Assembly: GCA_036725705.1 (NCBI GenBank)
Contig: DAIMDR010000001.1
Span: forward strand, 1 to 63,488
Reading direction: 5' to 3'
Source of the DNA: Syntrophomonadaceae bacterium
Lineage (GTDB): Bacteria; Bacillota; Syntrophomonadia; Syntrophomonadales; Syntrophomonadaceae
Length of the DNA: 63,488 nt
Shown: piece by piece, positions 1-10,012 of the stretch
How the letters are laid out: each line of letters starts with the position of its first letter
How positions within the stretch are numbered: position 1 is the first letter of the stretch
Position numbers and translations under genes: made by a program
Notes under the pieces: model-generated
Databases searched by the model: none
Seen by the model: only the letters and a program-made list of their open reading frames with translations
Told to the model about the DNA's origin: nothing

Positions 1-360
1 AAAATTCCAATCCTGATGATAATGACCTTTTAATATCTTTGCGCCGCTGGAAGTACAATAGATTGGAGTATCAGGAATCTCTTTCATTAAATATGGCAAT
101 GCTCCGCTATGATCCGTTTCAGCATGATTTGCTATTATATAGTCTATCTTGTCCAATTCAATTTCTTTTTTTAGATTGGCTATAAATTCTTTGGCAAAAG
201 GTCCCCAAACTGTATCAATTAAAACATTTTTTTCGTCTTTTATTAAATAAGAATTATAGGATGAACCACGATGAGTAGAGTATTCATCTCCATGAAATCG
301 CCTTAACTCCCAATCAATTTTTCCTACCCAGGTTACTTTATCAGTCAGTATAAAACTCAT
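1..360 (-). CDS. Flavodiiron protein (FprA / type A flavoprotein family); only the N-terminal 120 aa are present because the gene runs off the left edge
   Basis: My own minus-strand translation from the ATG at 358-360 gives [55 protein letters not shown]...[15 protein letters not shown]. This is the metallo-beta-lactamase-like diiron domain with the H-x-E-x-D-H motif. Confidence 0.8.
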   Translation of the reverse strand, partial: MSFILTDKVTWVGKIDWELRRFHGDEYSTHRGSSYNSYLIKDEKNVLIDTVWGPFAKEFIANLKKEIELDKIDYIIANHAETDHSGALPYLMKEIPDTPIYCTSSGAKILKGHYHQDWNF

Positions 361-445
361 TTGTTCGCCTCCTTTAAATAAATTGAGATTAAACCGTCTA
401 AAGAAATTAACGGTTCAATAAGCAGATTATAGCATATACCTTAAA

Positions 446-481
446 ATATAAACAAACAGCCCCCTTCTTAAGCGGGGGCTG
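446..481 (-). terminator. Rho-independent terminator after the CoA-transferase gene
   Basis: On the minus strand, stem CAGCCCCC/GGGGGCTG (457-481) is followed by a T-rich run (TTTGTTTATATTTT). It lies 113 nt downstream of the stop at 594. Confidence 0.7.
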
Positions 482-593
482 AATATGGGTAATTATAAGC
501 AATTTTTATCCAGACTTACTGGCATTTAGTTTATTTATTTTTATAAGATTGGCTAATCTTTCACATATCCTCCGGTCTCTTAAACTGTAGCTG

Positions 594-1943
594 TTAACCC
601 TCAATCCGGTTGGTTCTGGTCCACAACTTCATTGAGTCAGCTGCTTTAATCAAATCATCCTGGAATTGTGGATGGGCAATACTTATTAAAGCCTCGGCCC
701 GTTCATAAGTGGCTTTACCCTTTAACTGCACAATACCATATTCAGTAGCTACATACTGAACAATAGAACGCGGAACAGTTACTATTGTACCCGGAGATAA
801 AGAAGGAACGATTCTGGAATGTATGTTTCCTTGCTTATCTTTATAGGTAGAATGCAGACAAATAAAACCTTTACCACCATGTGATTGGAAAGCTCCAAAT
901 ATGAAGTCAAGCTGCCCGCCGGTTCCTGATATTTGTCTTAACCCCATAGTCTCAGAAGATACCTGACTGAGCAGGTCCACTTCCAACGCATTATTAATGG
1001 CTACCACCTTGTCGTTTAAAGCCGTTATACGAGGGTCATTGGTATAGCTTACCGGATAGGAGGCGCACATCGGGTTATAATCCAGAAAATCATACAACTT
1101 GCGGGTGCCCAAAGCAAAGGAATATACCATCTTATACTTGTCAATATTCTTACGTGCTCCGGTCAGGCGACCCTGTTCGTATAATTCTACGAAGGAGTCC
1201 ATCATCATTTCACTGTGAACGCCCAGATCCTTTAAATCACTCTGCGCTATTAAAGTTCCTACTGCATTGGGCAGTCCGCCAATCCCCAGCTGTAGACAGC
1301 TGCCGTTTTCAATTTCCGGTAACAGAATTTCAGCTATCTGCTGATCAGTGGGTGACGGCTGAGCAGCAGGCAATTCAAGCAGTGGAGAATGTTTTCCTTC
1401 TACTACAAAATCTACATTGGATATATGAATTGATTCCTGATTGCCGCCCAGACAATTGGGAGCATTATTGTTCACTTCTACTATAATCATATCCGCTTTA
1501 TCCATAGCAGCATGCGTAACTGAGTTACTCAGTCCAAAGTTGAAAAAACCTTTACCATCCATTGGCCCGGTTACTGCAAACACAATATTCATGTGCATAT
1601 ATTTTCTTATAATTCTGGGGCCCTGATGATAAGTTACCGGTATATAGTTGCACAGATTATCATCATGTAAATATCGGGCAACTTTTCCAAAATGATAATC
1701 GCGCATGGTAATATGTTTACGTTCAGGATCAGCCAATACGACTTTAGGAGGTTTAGTATAGCTGACACCGGTAAGAACCAAATTATCAAGTTCATTAATA
1801 CGTTTGGCTAATTCCTCATCCAGTGTTTCAGGGAATAAAGCAAATTCACCATAAAAAATGTGATCGCCGGACTTTACCTTCTTTACCGCTTCTTCAGCAC
1901 TGATTAATTTTTGACTGTATTGCCACTTTAAAATGTCTGTCAT
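594..1943 (-). CDS. Acetyl-CoA hydrolase/transferase family protein (butyryl-CoA:acetate or 4-hydroxybutyrate CoA-transferase-like)
   Basis: 449-aa ORF with family-typical segments (GIGGLPNAVG, SGTGGQLDF, EYGIVQLKGK). The RBS GAAAGGAG lies upstream of the ATG. Confidence 0.8.
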   Translation of the reverse strand: MTDILKWQYSQKLISAEEAVKKVKSGDHIFYGEFALFPETLDEELAKRINELDNLVLTGVSYTKPPKVVLADPERKHITMRDYHFGKVARYLHDDNLCNYIPVTYHQGPRIIRKYMHMNIVFAVTGPMDGKGFFNFGLSNSVTHAAMDKADMIIVEVNNNAPNCLGGNQESIHISNVDFVVEGKHSPLLELPAAQPSPTDQQIAEILLPEIENGSCLQLGIGGLPNAVGTLIAQSDLKDLGVHSEMMMDSFVELYEQGRLTGARKNIDKYKMVYSFALGTRKLYDFLDYNPMCASYPVSYTNDPRITALNDKVVAINNALEVDLLSQVSSETMGLRQISGTGGQLDFIFGAFQSHGGKGFICLHSTYKDKQGNIHSRIVPSLSPGTIVTVPRSIVQYVATEYGIVQLKGKATYERAEALISIAHPQFQDDLIKAADSMKLWTRTNRIEG

Positions 1944-2261
1944 AGAAACTCCTTTCGAATCTATAATTTCCTGAACGGTATATTTATTCTAACATTATTT
2001 ATATCGCAGTCAATAAATTTACCTCATATTACTAATAATAGACATTTTCAATTTTTAAAAATAATCTGACCATTATAATTATCTGTACAACGAAAAAATG
2101 CTCTGGTAAAGCCAGAATTATTAGCTATACAATCAGCATAAATATAACCATTCTGCGGTTAAAAAATAATATTCAGGTATATTCTTACAGCTATTGATTA
2201 ATCTTCGCGAAAGAATATACATTTGTTCTAATAAATAAACACCGGTCCACTTGTTGATAAC

Positions 2262-3809
2262 TCAACTAAATATCCTGGCCTCAACCTGATTGGTGCATTC
2301 ACCCTTCCTGCACAGGTGATTAAAGGCTGGTCCTTCAATAACTTCACCGTCAGGACTGAAACGGGAACCGTGACAGGGACAATCCCAGGATATATCAGCG
2401 TCATTCCACTTTAATTCACAGCCCAGATGGGTACAGGTAATATCTATTAAATGCAGTTCTCCTTCTTTATCACGATAAGCCCCCATCTTCTGACCCTGCT
2501 TATAAACTGTTCCTGCTTCACCGGGAGCAATATTAATATCATCAGGTCTGCTTAATTTACCGGTTACATATTCTTTGGCTACATCCAGATTTTGCACCGC
2601 AAAATTCTTAACTAGACCAAGTTTAAAGCGGGAGGGATTATATACCGGTGCCCAGGGATTATCACCTTTGGTTATCAAGTCACTGATAATCATGGCCGAG
2701 GCGGTACTATTGGTCATTCCCCATTTTCCAAAACCGGTAGCCACATAAATATCAGGATTTCGCGGGGTTATATTTCCTGCATAAGGCACACCGTCAATAG
2801 TCATGCAATCCTGTGCAGACCAGCGGTAAGGTATATCTGTTACCTCAAAGGTCTGATGTGCAAAATCAAGCAAGTTATAGTAATGCTGATTTAAGTTGTG
2901 ACCGTCACCAGTCTTGTGATTTTCACCGCCCACCAGAATCAACTCCCCTTTACCGTTATTTTGAGAGCGCAGCGAACGAGTTGGTTCTTCCGCGCTAATA
3001 AACATTCCTTCCGGGAATTTTTCCTTTATTTTTATACCCAGCACATAAGATCTCTCAGTATAAATCCGGCTGAAGTACAGACCGCCGCCATCAAAGAAAG
3101 GATAATGACTGGCAATTACAATCTTATCTGCGGTTATTCTATGGCCTTGACGAGTTACAGCTGCCAGAGGATTTTTCTCAATATCGATAACCGGCGACCC
3201 TTCAAAAATATGACTACCCTGGCCTGGAATATCCTTAGCCAGCCAGCAAAGATACTTCAGAGGATGAAACTGAGCCTGATTTTCAAAACATACCGCTCTT
3301 TTTATTGCAAACGGCAACGAAATATCTTCTTCGCATCCAGCTTTAATACCTAATTCAGAAGCAGCCCTTACCTCGTCTTCAATATCCTGGATGTATTTAT
3401 TACTCTGGGTATATACATAAGCTGGCTTCCATTCAAAATCACAGTCAATATTATATTCTTTTACTATAGTGGCAATATAATGAATGGCGCTTTCATTGGC
3501 CTGCGCGTATTGACGGGCTAATTCCTCCCCGATACTATTTTTTAGCCGTGCATATATAAGCGAATGTTGAGAAGTAATTTTGGCGGTAGTATGTCCGGTA
3601 GTACCCTGTAAAATCTGGTCAGCTTCCAGCACTGCCACCTTCAGGCCTTTTTGTTTTAACATAAAGGCCGTACTAATACCGCAAATCCCGCCCCCGATTA
3701 TGGCGACATCCACTTCGATATCTTCTTTTAAGTGGGGATAAAAGCTATCTTCAGTTGAGGCTATCCAATAAGAATGGGGACTATCTGAAAAATCTGCATA
3801 GCTGTTCAT
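2262..3809 (-). CDS. FAD-dependent oxidoreductase fused to a C-terminal Rieske [2Fe-2S] domain (YhfW-like)
   Basis: N-terminal dinucleotide fold VAIIGGGICGIS. C-terminal Rieske motifs CTHLGC ... CPCHGSRF. The ATG at 3809 has an AAAGGG RBS 8 nt upstream, whereas the track ORF starts at a GTG at 3818. Confidence 0.8.
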   Translation of the reverse strand: MNSYADFSDSPHSYWIASTEDSFYPHLKEDIEVDVAIIGGGICGISTAFMLKQKGLKVAVLEADQILQGTTGHTTAKITSQHSLIYARLKNSIGEELARQYAQANESAIHYIATIVKEYNIDCDFEWKPAYVYTQSNKYIQDIEDEVRAASELGIKAGCEEDISLPFAIKRAVCFENQAQFHPLKYLCWLAKDIPGQGSHIFEGSPVIDIEKNPLAAVTRQGHRITADKIVIASHYPFFDGGGLYFSRIYTERSYVLGIKIKEKFPEGMFISAEEPTRSLRSQNNGKGELILVGGENHKTGDGHNLNQHYYNLLDFAHQTFEVTDIPYRWSAQDCMTIDGVPYAGNITPRNPDIYVATGFGKWGMTNSTASAMIISDLITKGDNPWAPVYNPSRFKLGLVKNFAVQNLDVAKEYVTGKLSRPDDINIAPGEAGTVYKQGQKMGAYRDKEGELHLIDITCTHLGCELKWNDADISWDCPCHGSRFSPDGEVIEGPAFNHLCRKGECTNQVEARIFS

Positions 3810-3924
3810 AAATATCACCCTTTAATAAGTTATTTGCTAATAACTTGTACCTTCCGGACAGATATATACTAAAATTTTTTAGGAAGGGTTATATAAAGGA
3901 TAGGGGGGGTTTCTTCGTTTTAAT

Positions 3925-4065
3925 TTATCGGTCTGCATATTCTTTAAGCAAATTCTCAATACTGATTAATCGGGCTAATATTTCTTCATTCTTATGATTC
4001 GCCTCTTCCTGTAGTTTAACAATTCTTTCCAGATGTTTTGCCATGCGATAAAAATAGGTTAGCAT
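3925..4065 (-). CDS. Small hypothetical protein, 46 aa (below the ORF-track cutoff)
   Basis: My own translation is MLTYFYRMAKHLERIVKLQEEANHKNEEILARLISIENLLKEYADR. A strong RBS (GAAGGAGGG) lies 5 nt upstream of the ATG at 4063-4065. The product is predicted to be a helical coiled-coil-like peptide. Confidence 0.45.
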   Translation of the reverse strand: MLTYFYRMAKHLERIVKLQEEANHKNEEILARLISIENLLKEYADR

Positions 4066-4206
4066 CGTCTGCCCTCCTTCTGTATTAAGTTATAAAAGGC
4101 GTTATATTCTCCCATGCAGAGTCCTGGCGAAAGAATATTTACTCACCATGACGCAGTGCATTACACCAAGGATTATAATTGGTTTCGGTTTTTAAAAATA
4201 AATATC

Positions 4207-5214
4207 TTAGCAGATGCGGGGGACATGTTCCCCTTCCAGCATACCCAGAATACGGTCCGCCCCTAATTCAGTTTCAATCAGCACCATTCCGGTCGGTTCA
4301 GTACAAACTTCACCTATAATGGCAGCGTTAATGGTTGGCGACAGTTTACGCAAATCGGCCAGGATCTCATCCGCCTTTTCTGCAGCTGCAAACATGACCA
4401 TTTTACCTTCATTGGCCATATAAAGCGGGTCCATCCCCAACATATCACAGGCCGCCCGGATTACTTCCGAAACCGGAATGCTGGATTCCTTCACCCGGAT
4501 ACCCACTCCGGCCTGCTTCGCTATCTCATTCAAAACTGTTGCCAGACCTCCCCGGGTTGGGTCACGCATACATTTTATGGCCTGTCCGTACTTATCAGTC
4601 ATTTCTCCTAACTGATAGAGAGGGGTACAATCACTTAAAGCTGGAGTAGTGAAACTTAATCCTTCCCGCTGGGCCAGTATGGCCAGTCCATGATCACCTA
4701 CATAACCGGTAACGATTATTTTATCTCCGGGATTTACTCTTTGTGGTCGGTAATCTATGCCTTCAGGAATAATACCTATGCCGGTGGTATTTATAAATAT
4801 TCCATCAGCACTGCCTTTTTCCACTACTTTGGTATCTCCGGTTACCAATTTTACTCCGACCTCCTGAGCAGTTGCTGCCATAGAATCTGCTATTTTGCGC
4901 AGGTCTGATAACGGAAATCCTTCCTCAATGATGAAAGCAGTAGACATATACAGCGGTTTGGCACCGCAGGCCACCAGATCATTTACGGTTCCGCAAATGG
5001 ATAGTTTGCCAATATCCCCGCCCGGAAAAAATAACGGGGTGATAACAAATGAATCAGTAGACATGGCCAGTCGGCCGGCTGTTATATTCAGTATGGCACT
5101 GTCCAGCATTTCCATTAATTCATTATTCCAGGCAGATTTAAATATTTCATCTATCAACTGCTGACTCATTAAACCACCACTACCATGTGCCATTAAAATT
5201 CTTTCCTGCTTCAT
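4207..5214 (-). CDS. hypE: [NiFe] hydrogenase maturation protein HypE
   Basis: 335 aa with a PurM/AIR-synthase-like fold, an N-terminus MAHGSGG and the diagnostic C-terminal PRIC motif. Confidence 0.93.
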   Translation of the reverse strand: MKQERILMAHGSGGLMSQQLIDEIFKSAWNNELMEMLDSAILNITAGRLAMSTDSFVITPLFFPGGDIGKLSICGTVNDLVACGAKPLYMSTAFIIEEGFPLSDLRKIADSMAATAQEVGVKLVTGDTKVVEKGSADGIFINTTGIGIIPEGIDYRPQRVNPGDKIIVTGYVGDHGLAILAQREGLSFTTPALSDCTPLYQLGEMTDKYGQAIKCMRDPTRGGLATVLNEIAKQAGVGIRVKESSIPVSEVIRAACDMLGMDPLYMANEGKMVMFAAAEKADEILADLRKLSPTINAAIIGEVCTEPTGMVLIETELGADRILGMLEGEHVPRIC

Positions 5215-6294
5215 CTAACCTCTTCCTTTCGCCGGGGTATACCGGTAATAAGCCGCACAGGAACCTTCATGTGAAACCATACAGGGGCCCACCGGATTTA
5301 AAGGCGTGCAGGCCCGTCCAAATAAAAGACAATCCGGCGGGTTGATTTTACCGGTTAACACTTCACCGCAGGCACAACCTTTTATGGGCATTTCCTCCAT
5401 ATCCGGTATGTTAAATTTGAGTCGGGCATCCATACTTTCATATTCCTCACGCAAAGCCAGGCCACTGTCAGGAATAACCCCCAGGCCTCGCCACCGGGCC
5501 TCCACCGGTTTAAATACCTTTTCAATACTCTGCCGGGCCACCAGATTGCCTTCCCGCTTGACTACCCGCCGGTATTGTATCTCTGCCTGTGCATCTCCCT
5601 GCTTTATCTGTTTAAGCAGCATAAAGATGCCTTCCAAAATATCCATGGTTTCAAATCCGGTAATTACACAGGGTTTTTTATACTTATGCGCTAAAATCTC
5701 ATAAGGTTCCACCCCAATTACCACTGAAACATGTCCGGGACAAATCAAACCGTCCACATTAATATTCGGATCGGAGAATATTAATTCCAAAGCCGGCGGA
5801 ACCACCTTGTGCAGTGAAAACACTGAAAAATTACTTAACCCTTCTGACCTGGCCTGTTCCAGGGTAATAGCAATCGCCGGAGCAGTAGTTTCAAAGCCAA
5901 TGCCCAGAAATACTACTTCTTTATCAGTATTTTCGCGGGCAACTCTCAATGCATCCAGCGGCGAATAGGCTATACGGACATCAGCCCCCTGGCTGCGTTC
6001 TTCCTGCAAACTGCTGTAAGTACCGGGTACTCTCATCATATCTCCGAAGGTTACCAGCACAATATCCTTCTGCCTTGCCATTTCAATAACTGCATCAATA
6101 TCTCCCTGAGAGGTAACGCATACCGGACAGCCCGGTCCGGATAACAGCTTAATATTGGGAGGCAGCAGTTCTCTGATCCCACTTTTGGCTATAGCCATCG
6201 TATGAGTACCACAGACCTCCATCAGCGAAACAGTTGCCTTTTCTGTTTGAATAGCCTGCAATAATTGCTGCCGGTAATCTGATATTTCACTCAT
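5215..6294 (-). CDS. hypD: [NiFe] hydrogenase maturation protein HypD
   Basis: Motifs CGTHT, GPGCPVCV, GFETT and PGHVS are present. The ATG at 6294 (MSEISDY...) overlaps the hypC stop by 8 nt. The track ORF extension to 6384 lies inside hypC and is unlikely to be real. Confidence 0.92.
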   Translation of the reverse strand: MSEISDYRQQLLQAIQTEKATVSLMEVCGTHTMAIAKSGIRELLPPNIKLLSGPGCPVCVTSQGDIDAVIEMARQKDIVLVTFGDMMRVPGTYSSLQEERSQGADVRIAYSPLDALRVARENTDKEVVFLGIGFETTAPAIAITLEQARSEGLSNFSVFSLHKVVPPALELIFSDPNINVDGLICPGHVSVVIGVEPYEILAHKYKKPCVITGFETMDILEGIFMLLKQIKQGDAQAEIQYRRVVKREGNLVARQSIEKVFKPVEARWRGLGVIPDSGLALREEYESMDARLKFNIPDMEEMPIKGCACGEVLTGKINPPDCLLFGRACTPLNPVGPCMVSHEGSCAAYYRYTPAKGRG

Positions 6295-6508
6295 ATTGCA
6301 ATAACTCCTCCAGATACTGCATGGTTTCCAGGGCAATGCTTTCATCAATAATTTCCATGGCAAAACCGGCATGTACCAGTACATATTCGTTAATCTTCAC
6401 TTCCGGGGTCAGACGAACACTGATTTCGGTCTGATTACCATTTACATCCACACGGGCAACATCATTGGCCATTAACTCAATAACTTTGGCGGGTACTCCC
6501 AAACACAT
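6287..6508 (-). CDS. hypC: [NiFe] hydrogenase maturation chaperone HypC
   Basis: 73 aa starting MCLGVPAKV, the canonical HypC N-terminus with the essential Cys2. Confidence 0.93.
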   Translation of the reverse strand: MCLGVPAKVIELMANDVARVDVNGNQTEISVRLTPEVKINEYVLVHAGFAMEIIDESIALETMQYLEELLQYE

Positions 6509-8769
6509 TATCCCTTCACCTCACTAGCTATAATTGCCTGTCCCAGTGATATTCCTCCGTCTCCCGGAGGCACAATTTGGTTATAATATACTGCAAACCC
6601 CTGCCGGGTTAATAATTTATACATTTTTATAAATAATATCTGGTTATGAAATACTCCCCCACTCAATACTACTCGATTTAAACCAGTTGCCTCTCTGAGT
6701 TGCAATAGGGTTTCCAAAAACATTTCCACCAGGGTCAGATGGAACTTCTGGGCAATACAACCCACGCTGCGGCCTTTTTGTAAATCGTTCAATAATTCTG
6801 GCCACATGGGCAGTACATCCATCAACCATACCCCATTATCCGCCTGCAAATGGTATTCATAATGGTTTTTCTCATATTTATCAGCCCGGGCTTCCAGCTC
6901 CGCCGGCGCCTGACCTTCATATTTATTTATAGTGCAAACCCCTAAAATTGCACCTGCCGCATCAAATAACCTGCCGCAGGAGGAAGTCAGCGGTTCACGG
7001 GCATAATTAATCCGGTTGATAATTAAATTCTTTTCCTGTTCAGTTAAATCCGGCAATAGCGATGAAGCTAAATCAAGCCCCTTTTCACCAAGTGCCTGAT
7101 ATAAATATACCAGCGCCATACGGTAAGGTTTGCCGGCGGTAACATCTCCGCCTGGCAGCGGTACATATTTCAAATGAGCCAAGCGGGTAAATCCATTATA
7201 ATCACCACGCAGGATTTCGCCGCCCCAAATGGCAGCATCAGTCCCCCAGCCGGTTCCATCACAGATTAACCCTAAAACTTCCCCCTGTAAACCGTTTTCG
7301 GCCATGACCGAGGCCATATGAGCATGATGATGCTGTACTTCCAAACGCTTAATATCCTTTTGCTGGCGGGCCCAGCGACTGGTCTGATAATCGGGGTGCA
7401 AATCATGCACTATGGTTTGCGGTTCTACATTTAACATTTTTTTAAAATACTTTATACCCTTTTGAAAGTTTACATAATTATTATAATGATTCAGATCACC
7501 CCAATGCTGGCTGAGAAATGCTTCCCCACTTCTGGTTATGCAAAAAGTATTTTTCATCTCTCCACCTGTTGCCAGCACCGGCGGTGAGTCTACCGGAATA
7601 ATTATCCCACCCGGCACCATTCCCCGTGCGCGTCTGAATACCTGCGCAGACTGCAACGCGGTTACGCGCACAACTGAATCATCACAGGGATTATATATAT
7701 CACGATTATGCAATAAGAAATAATCAGCAATTTCATCTAACTTTTGTAACGCTTCATTATTATCAGTTATTAATGGTTCATCACTGATATTGGCACTGGT
7801 CATTATTAATATTTCCAGTTCATCATCAAAGAGCAGATAATGCAACGGAGTATAGGGCAGCATAACTCCCAGAGTATCAAGCCCCGGATGTATTAGCTCC
7901 CCAGGAAGAGCAGTATCATTTTGTTCCTCCACCACTACAATTGGAGCCGAACGGGAATTTAACCATTTCTCTTCTTCCTGATTAATCAGGCAGTAACGGT
8001 GAGCTGTTTCCATATCCCTAACCATAACCGCAAAAGGTTTCCGATCCCGTTTTTTCCGCTGACGCAAACTGGTAACCGCCTGAAGATTAGTAGCATCGGC
8101 AGCCAGATGAAAGCCGCCCAATCCCTTAATGGCAACTATAAAGCCAGCCTTCAGTAATTGGCGTATATCCTGCCTGACCATCTCACCCTGACGATCAACC
8201 AGCCAGGTATGAGGTCCGCAAACCGGGCAGCAATTTGGCTGGGCATGAAAGCGTCTATGCAGCGGATTTTCATATTCCGCCTGGCATTGTGGGCACATGG
8301 CAAATCCGGCCATAGTAGTCATAGCCCGGTCATAAGGTACATCCTTTATTATCGTATAACGGGGTCCGCAATTAGTACAATTGGTGAATGGATACTCAAA
8401 ACGACGATCCGCACTATCCCTTACCTCAGTTTTACAGTCATCACATATGGCAATATCAGGTGATAGTACAACTGTTTTTTCCTGCCGGTCGTCACTGGAT
8501 TTTATAATAAATTCTGTATAACCTCTCTCCTCAACCTCCTGCACGGTTAAACTTTTAATAACTGCCAATGGAGGAGGTTCTTGCTGTAACTTGACTAAAA
8601 AGGCCTGCAATGCCTCCCTGTCACCTTCTGCTTCTATGAAAACTCCAGATGAAGAATTAAACACCCAGCCTTTTAAATTATATTGCATGGCCAGACGGTA
8701 GATATAAGGTCGAAACCCTACCCCCTGAACAATTCCTCTAATATTGATACTACATGCCTGAATATTCAT
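6508..8769 (-). CDS. hypF: Carbamoyltransferase HypF
   Basis: 753 aa with an acylphosphatase-like N-terminus (GIVQGVGFRPYIY), two CxxC-x18-CxxC zinc-finger pairs, and YrdC-like and Kae1-like domains. Confidence 0.93.
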   Translation of the reverse strand: MNIQACSINIRGIVQGVGFRPYIYRLAMQYNLKGWVFNSSSGVFIEAEGDREALQAFLVKLQQEPPPLAVIKSLTVQEVEERGYTEFIIKSSDDRQEKTVVLSPDIAICDDCKTEVRDSADRRFEYPFTNCTNCGPRYTIIKDVPYDRAMTTMAGFAMCPQCQAEYENPLHRRFHAQPNCCPVCGPHTWLVDRQGEMVRQDIRQLLKAGFIVAIKGLGGFHLAADATNLQAVTSLRQRKKRDRKPFAVMVRDMETAHRYCLINQEEEKWLNSRSAPIVVVEEQNDTALPGELIHPGLDTLGVMLPYTPLHYLLFDDELEILIMTSANISDEPLITDNNEALQKLDEIADYFLLHNRDIYNPCDDSVVRVTALQSAQVFRRARGMVPGGIIIPVDSPPVLATGGEMKNTFCITRSGEAFLSQHWGDLNHYNNYVNFQKGIKYFKKMLNVEPQTIVHDLHPDYQTSRWARQQKDIKRLEVQHHHAHMASVMAENGLQGEVLGLICDGTGWGTDAAIWGGEILRGDYNGFTRLAHLKYVPLPGGDVTAGKPYRMALVYLYQALGEKGLDLASSLLPDLTEQEKNLIINRINYAREPLTSSCGRLFDAAGAILGVCTINKYEGQAPAELEARADKYEKNHYEYHLQADNGVWLMDVLPMWPELLNDLQKGRSVGCIAQKFHLTLVEMFLETLLQLREATGLNRVVLSGGVFHNQILFIKMYKLLTRQGFAVYYNQIVPPGDGGISLGQAIIASEVKG

Positions 8770-8806
8770 TATTAACCTCTGATGCGTTTAATTATTTAGC
8801 AGATAA

Positions 8807-8860
8807 TTTAAAAGGGTGAGTCACAGAAGAATAATATCTGTCACTTCTGCAACCCACCCT
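8807..8860 (-). terminator. Hairpin plus U-run between the endopeptidase gene and hypF; a possible internal terminator or processing site
   Basis: The minus strand reads AGGGTGGGTTGCAGAAGTGACAGATATTATTCTTCTGTGACTCACCCT followed by TTTTAAA. There is an outer stem AGGGTG/CACCCT and an inner stem CAGAAG/CTTCTG. Confidence 0.45.
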
Positions 8861-8882
8861 AAAAGCGAATCGTATAAAAGGT

Positions 8883-9347
8883 TCAATTAGCAAGTATTTC
8901 TGCAATATCTTTTTGAATCATTTCTACAATCAAAGCAACTTGCTCTGCCACAACCGATGTAAGTTCCAATCCCAGATCCACTGTATGTGGTTCAACTCCA
9001 TAAATAAGCACTTTGGGATTGTAACCTTCCAATTGCAACATATACATGGCCTCTGCAAAGCTTAGTTCATGCAGGGATTGGATATCCGGATTCGGATTCA
9101 AATCCAACTCTGCCAATGGAACCCGGTAAACAGTTCCCGGTTTTTCTCCGGCATGCATGGCATCAACCACAATACAAAAATCTGCCTGGCTGAAATAATC
9201 AAGTAAATCGTAGCTATGCGTACCCCCATCCACCAGTTCCACCTGAGGCGGCAAATCCAGAGTCTCCAGGTGCCTTATGACATGAACACCGACTCCATCA
9301 TCCTGCATTAATAGATTGCCAATACCCATTACCATAATTCGTTTCAA
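8883..9347 (-). CDS. Hydrogenase maturation endopeptidase (HyaD/HybD/HupD family)
   Basis: 154 aa with the motif GIGNLLMQDDGVGVHV. A TTG start is preceded by a GGAGGA RBS. Confidence 0.9.
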   Translation of the reverse strand: MKRIMVMGIGNLLMQDDGVGVHVIRHLETLDLPPQVELVDGGTHSYDLLDYFSQADFCIVVDAMHAGEKPGTVYRVPLAELDLNPNPDIQSLHELSFAEAMYMLQLEGYNPKVLIYGVEPHTVDLGLELTSVVAEQVALIVEMIQKDIAEILAN

Positions 9348-9380
9348 GCCTTAATCCTCCATGTCTGCCGAAAATATAGC

Positions 9381-10007
9381 TTAACCCTCTTCCTCATGAT
9401 AACCGTGATGAAAATCAGCAGGTATCTTACCGGTAAACATGGACTTTAAAACCGGAATGCCTTCCGCCACATCCAGGTAAACATGCAGTAGAACTGACAA
9501 CACAAATAACCAGGTAACGATATAGTGGATCATACGAACTACTAAAAATCCTCCAAACCAGCCTGACATAAAGCCAAACAGCAAAGGCTTGTAGAGTATG
9601 AAACCAGTTATAATCATGATTATGGCCAAAAACAGCCATCCGGTATACATACCTTTCTGACCGGGATTATACTTTCCATAATAAGGATGGTCGTCAGCCA
9701 GAAACATATAATACTTCAACATACTGGGTAATTTCTTGGTATCCTCAACCGGTGAATATACAATATTTTTTGCATCGTTAGCCGCAATAGCATAATAAAC
9801 CCGACCAATAACCCCCACTACCAGAATATAAGCCATAATAAAGTGAATGGTTCTGGGCGTGTCCATATTACTGAACAACCTGAATGTCTGCGGAGCGTGA
9901 ATATAAAAGCCGGTTAAAGTTAACATGGTAATAGCAATCATATTGGTCCAGTGAAATATCCGGATCCATATGGAATGCCTGTCTTCCATCTGTTTTACCA
10001 TCTTCAC
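9381..10007 (-). CDS. [NiFe] hydrogenase b-type cytochrome subunit (HyaC/HupC-like)
   Basis: 208 aa with four predicted TM helices and the motif IRIFHWTNMIAITMLTLTGFYIH. It follows the large-subunit gene directly. The ATG at 10001 is a possible alternative start. Confidence 0.85.
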   Translation of the reverse strand: MKMVKQMEDRHSIWIRIFHWTNMIAITMLTLTGFYIHAPQTFRLFSNMDTPRTIHFIMAYILVVGVIGRVYYAIAANDAKNIVYSPVEDTKKLPSMLKYYMFLADDHPYYGKYNPGQKGMYTGWLFLAIIMIITGFILYKPLLFGFMSGWFGGFLVVRMIHYIVTWLFVLSVLLHVYLDVAEGIPVLKSMFTGKIPADFHHGYHEEEG

Positions 10008-10012
10008 ACCCC

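Noticed and set aside
2178-2222. Inverted repeat GTATATTCTT...AAGAATATAC downstream of the Rieske oxidoreductase gene. A related TATATTCT...AGAATAT pair lies at 4103-4139 downstream of hypE.
   Set aside because: Both have long loops (21-24 nt) and weak or displaced U-runs, so they are not convincing intrinsic terminators. The shared TATTCTTTCGC string is short and AT-rich and may be coincidental.
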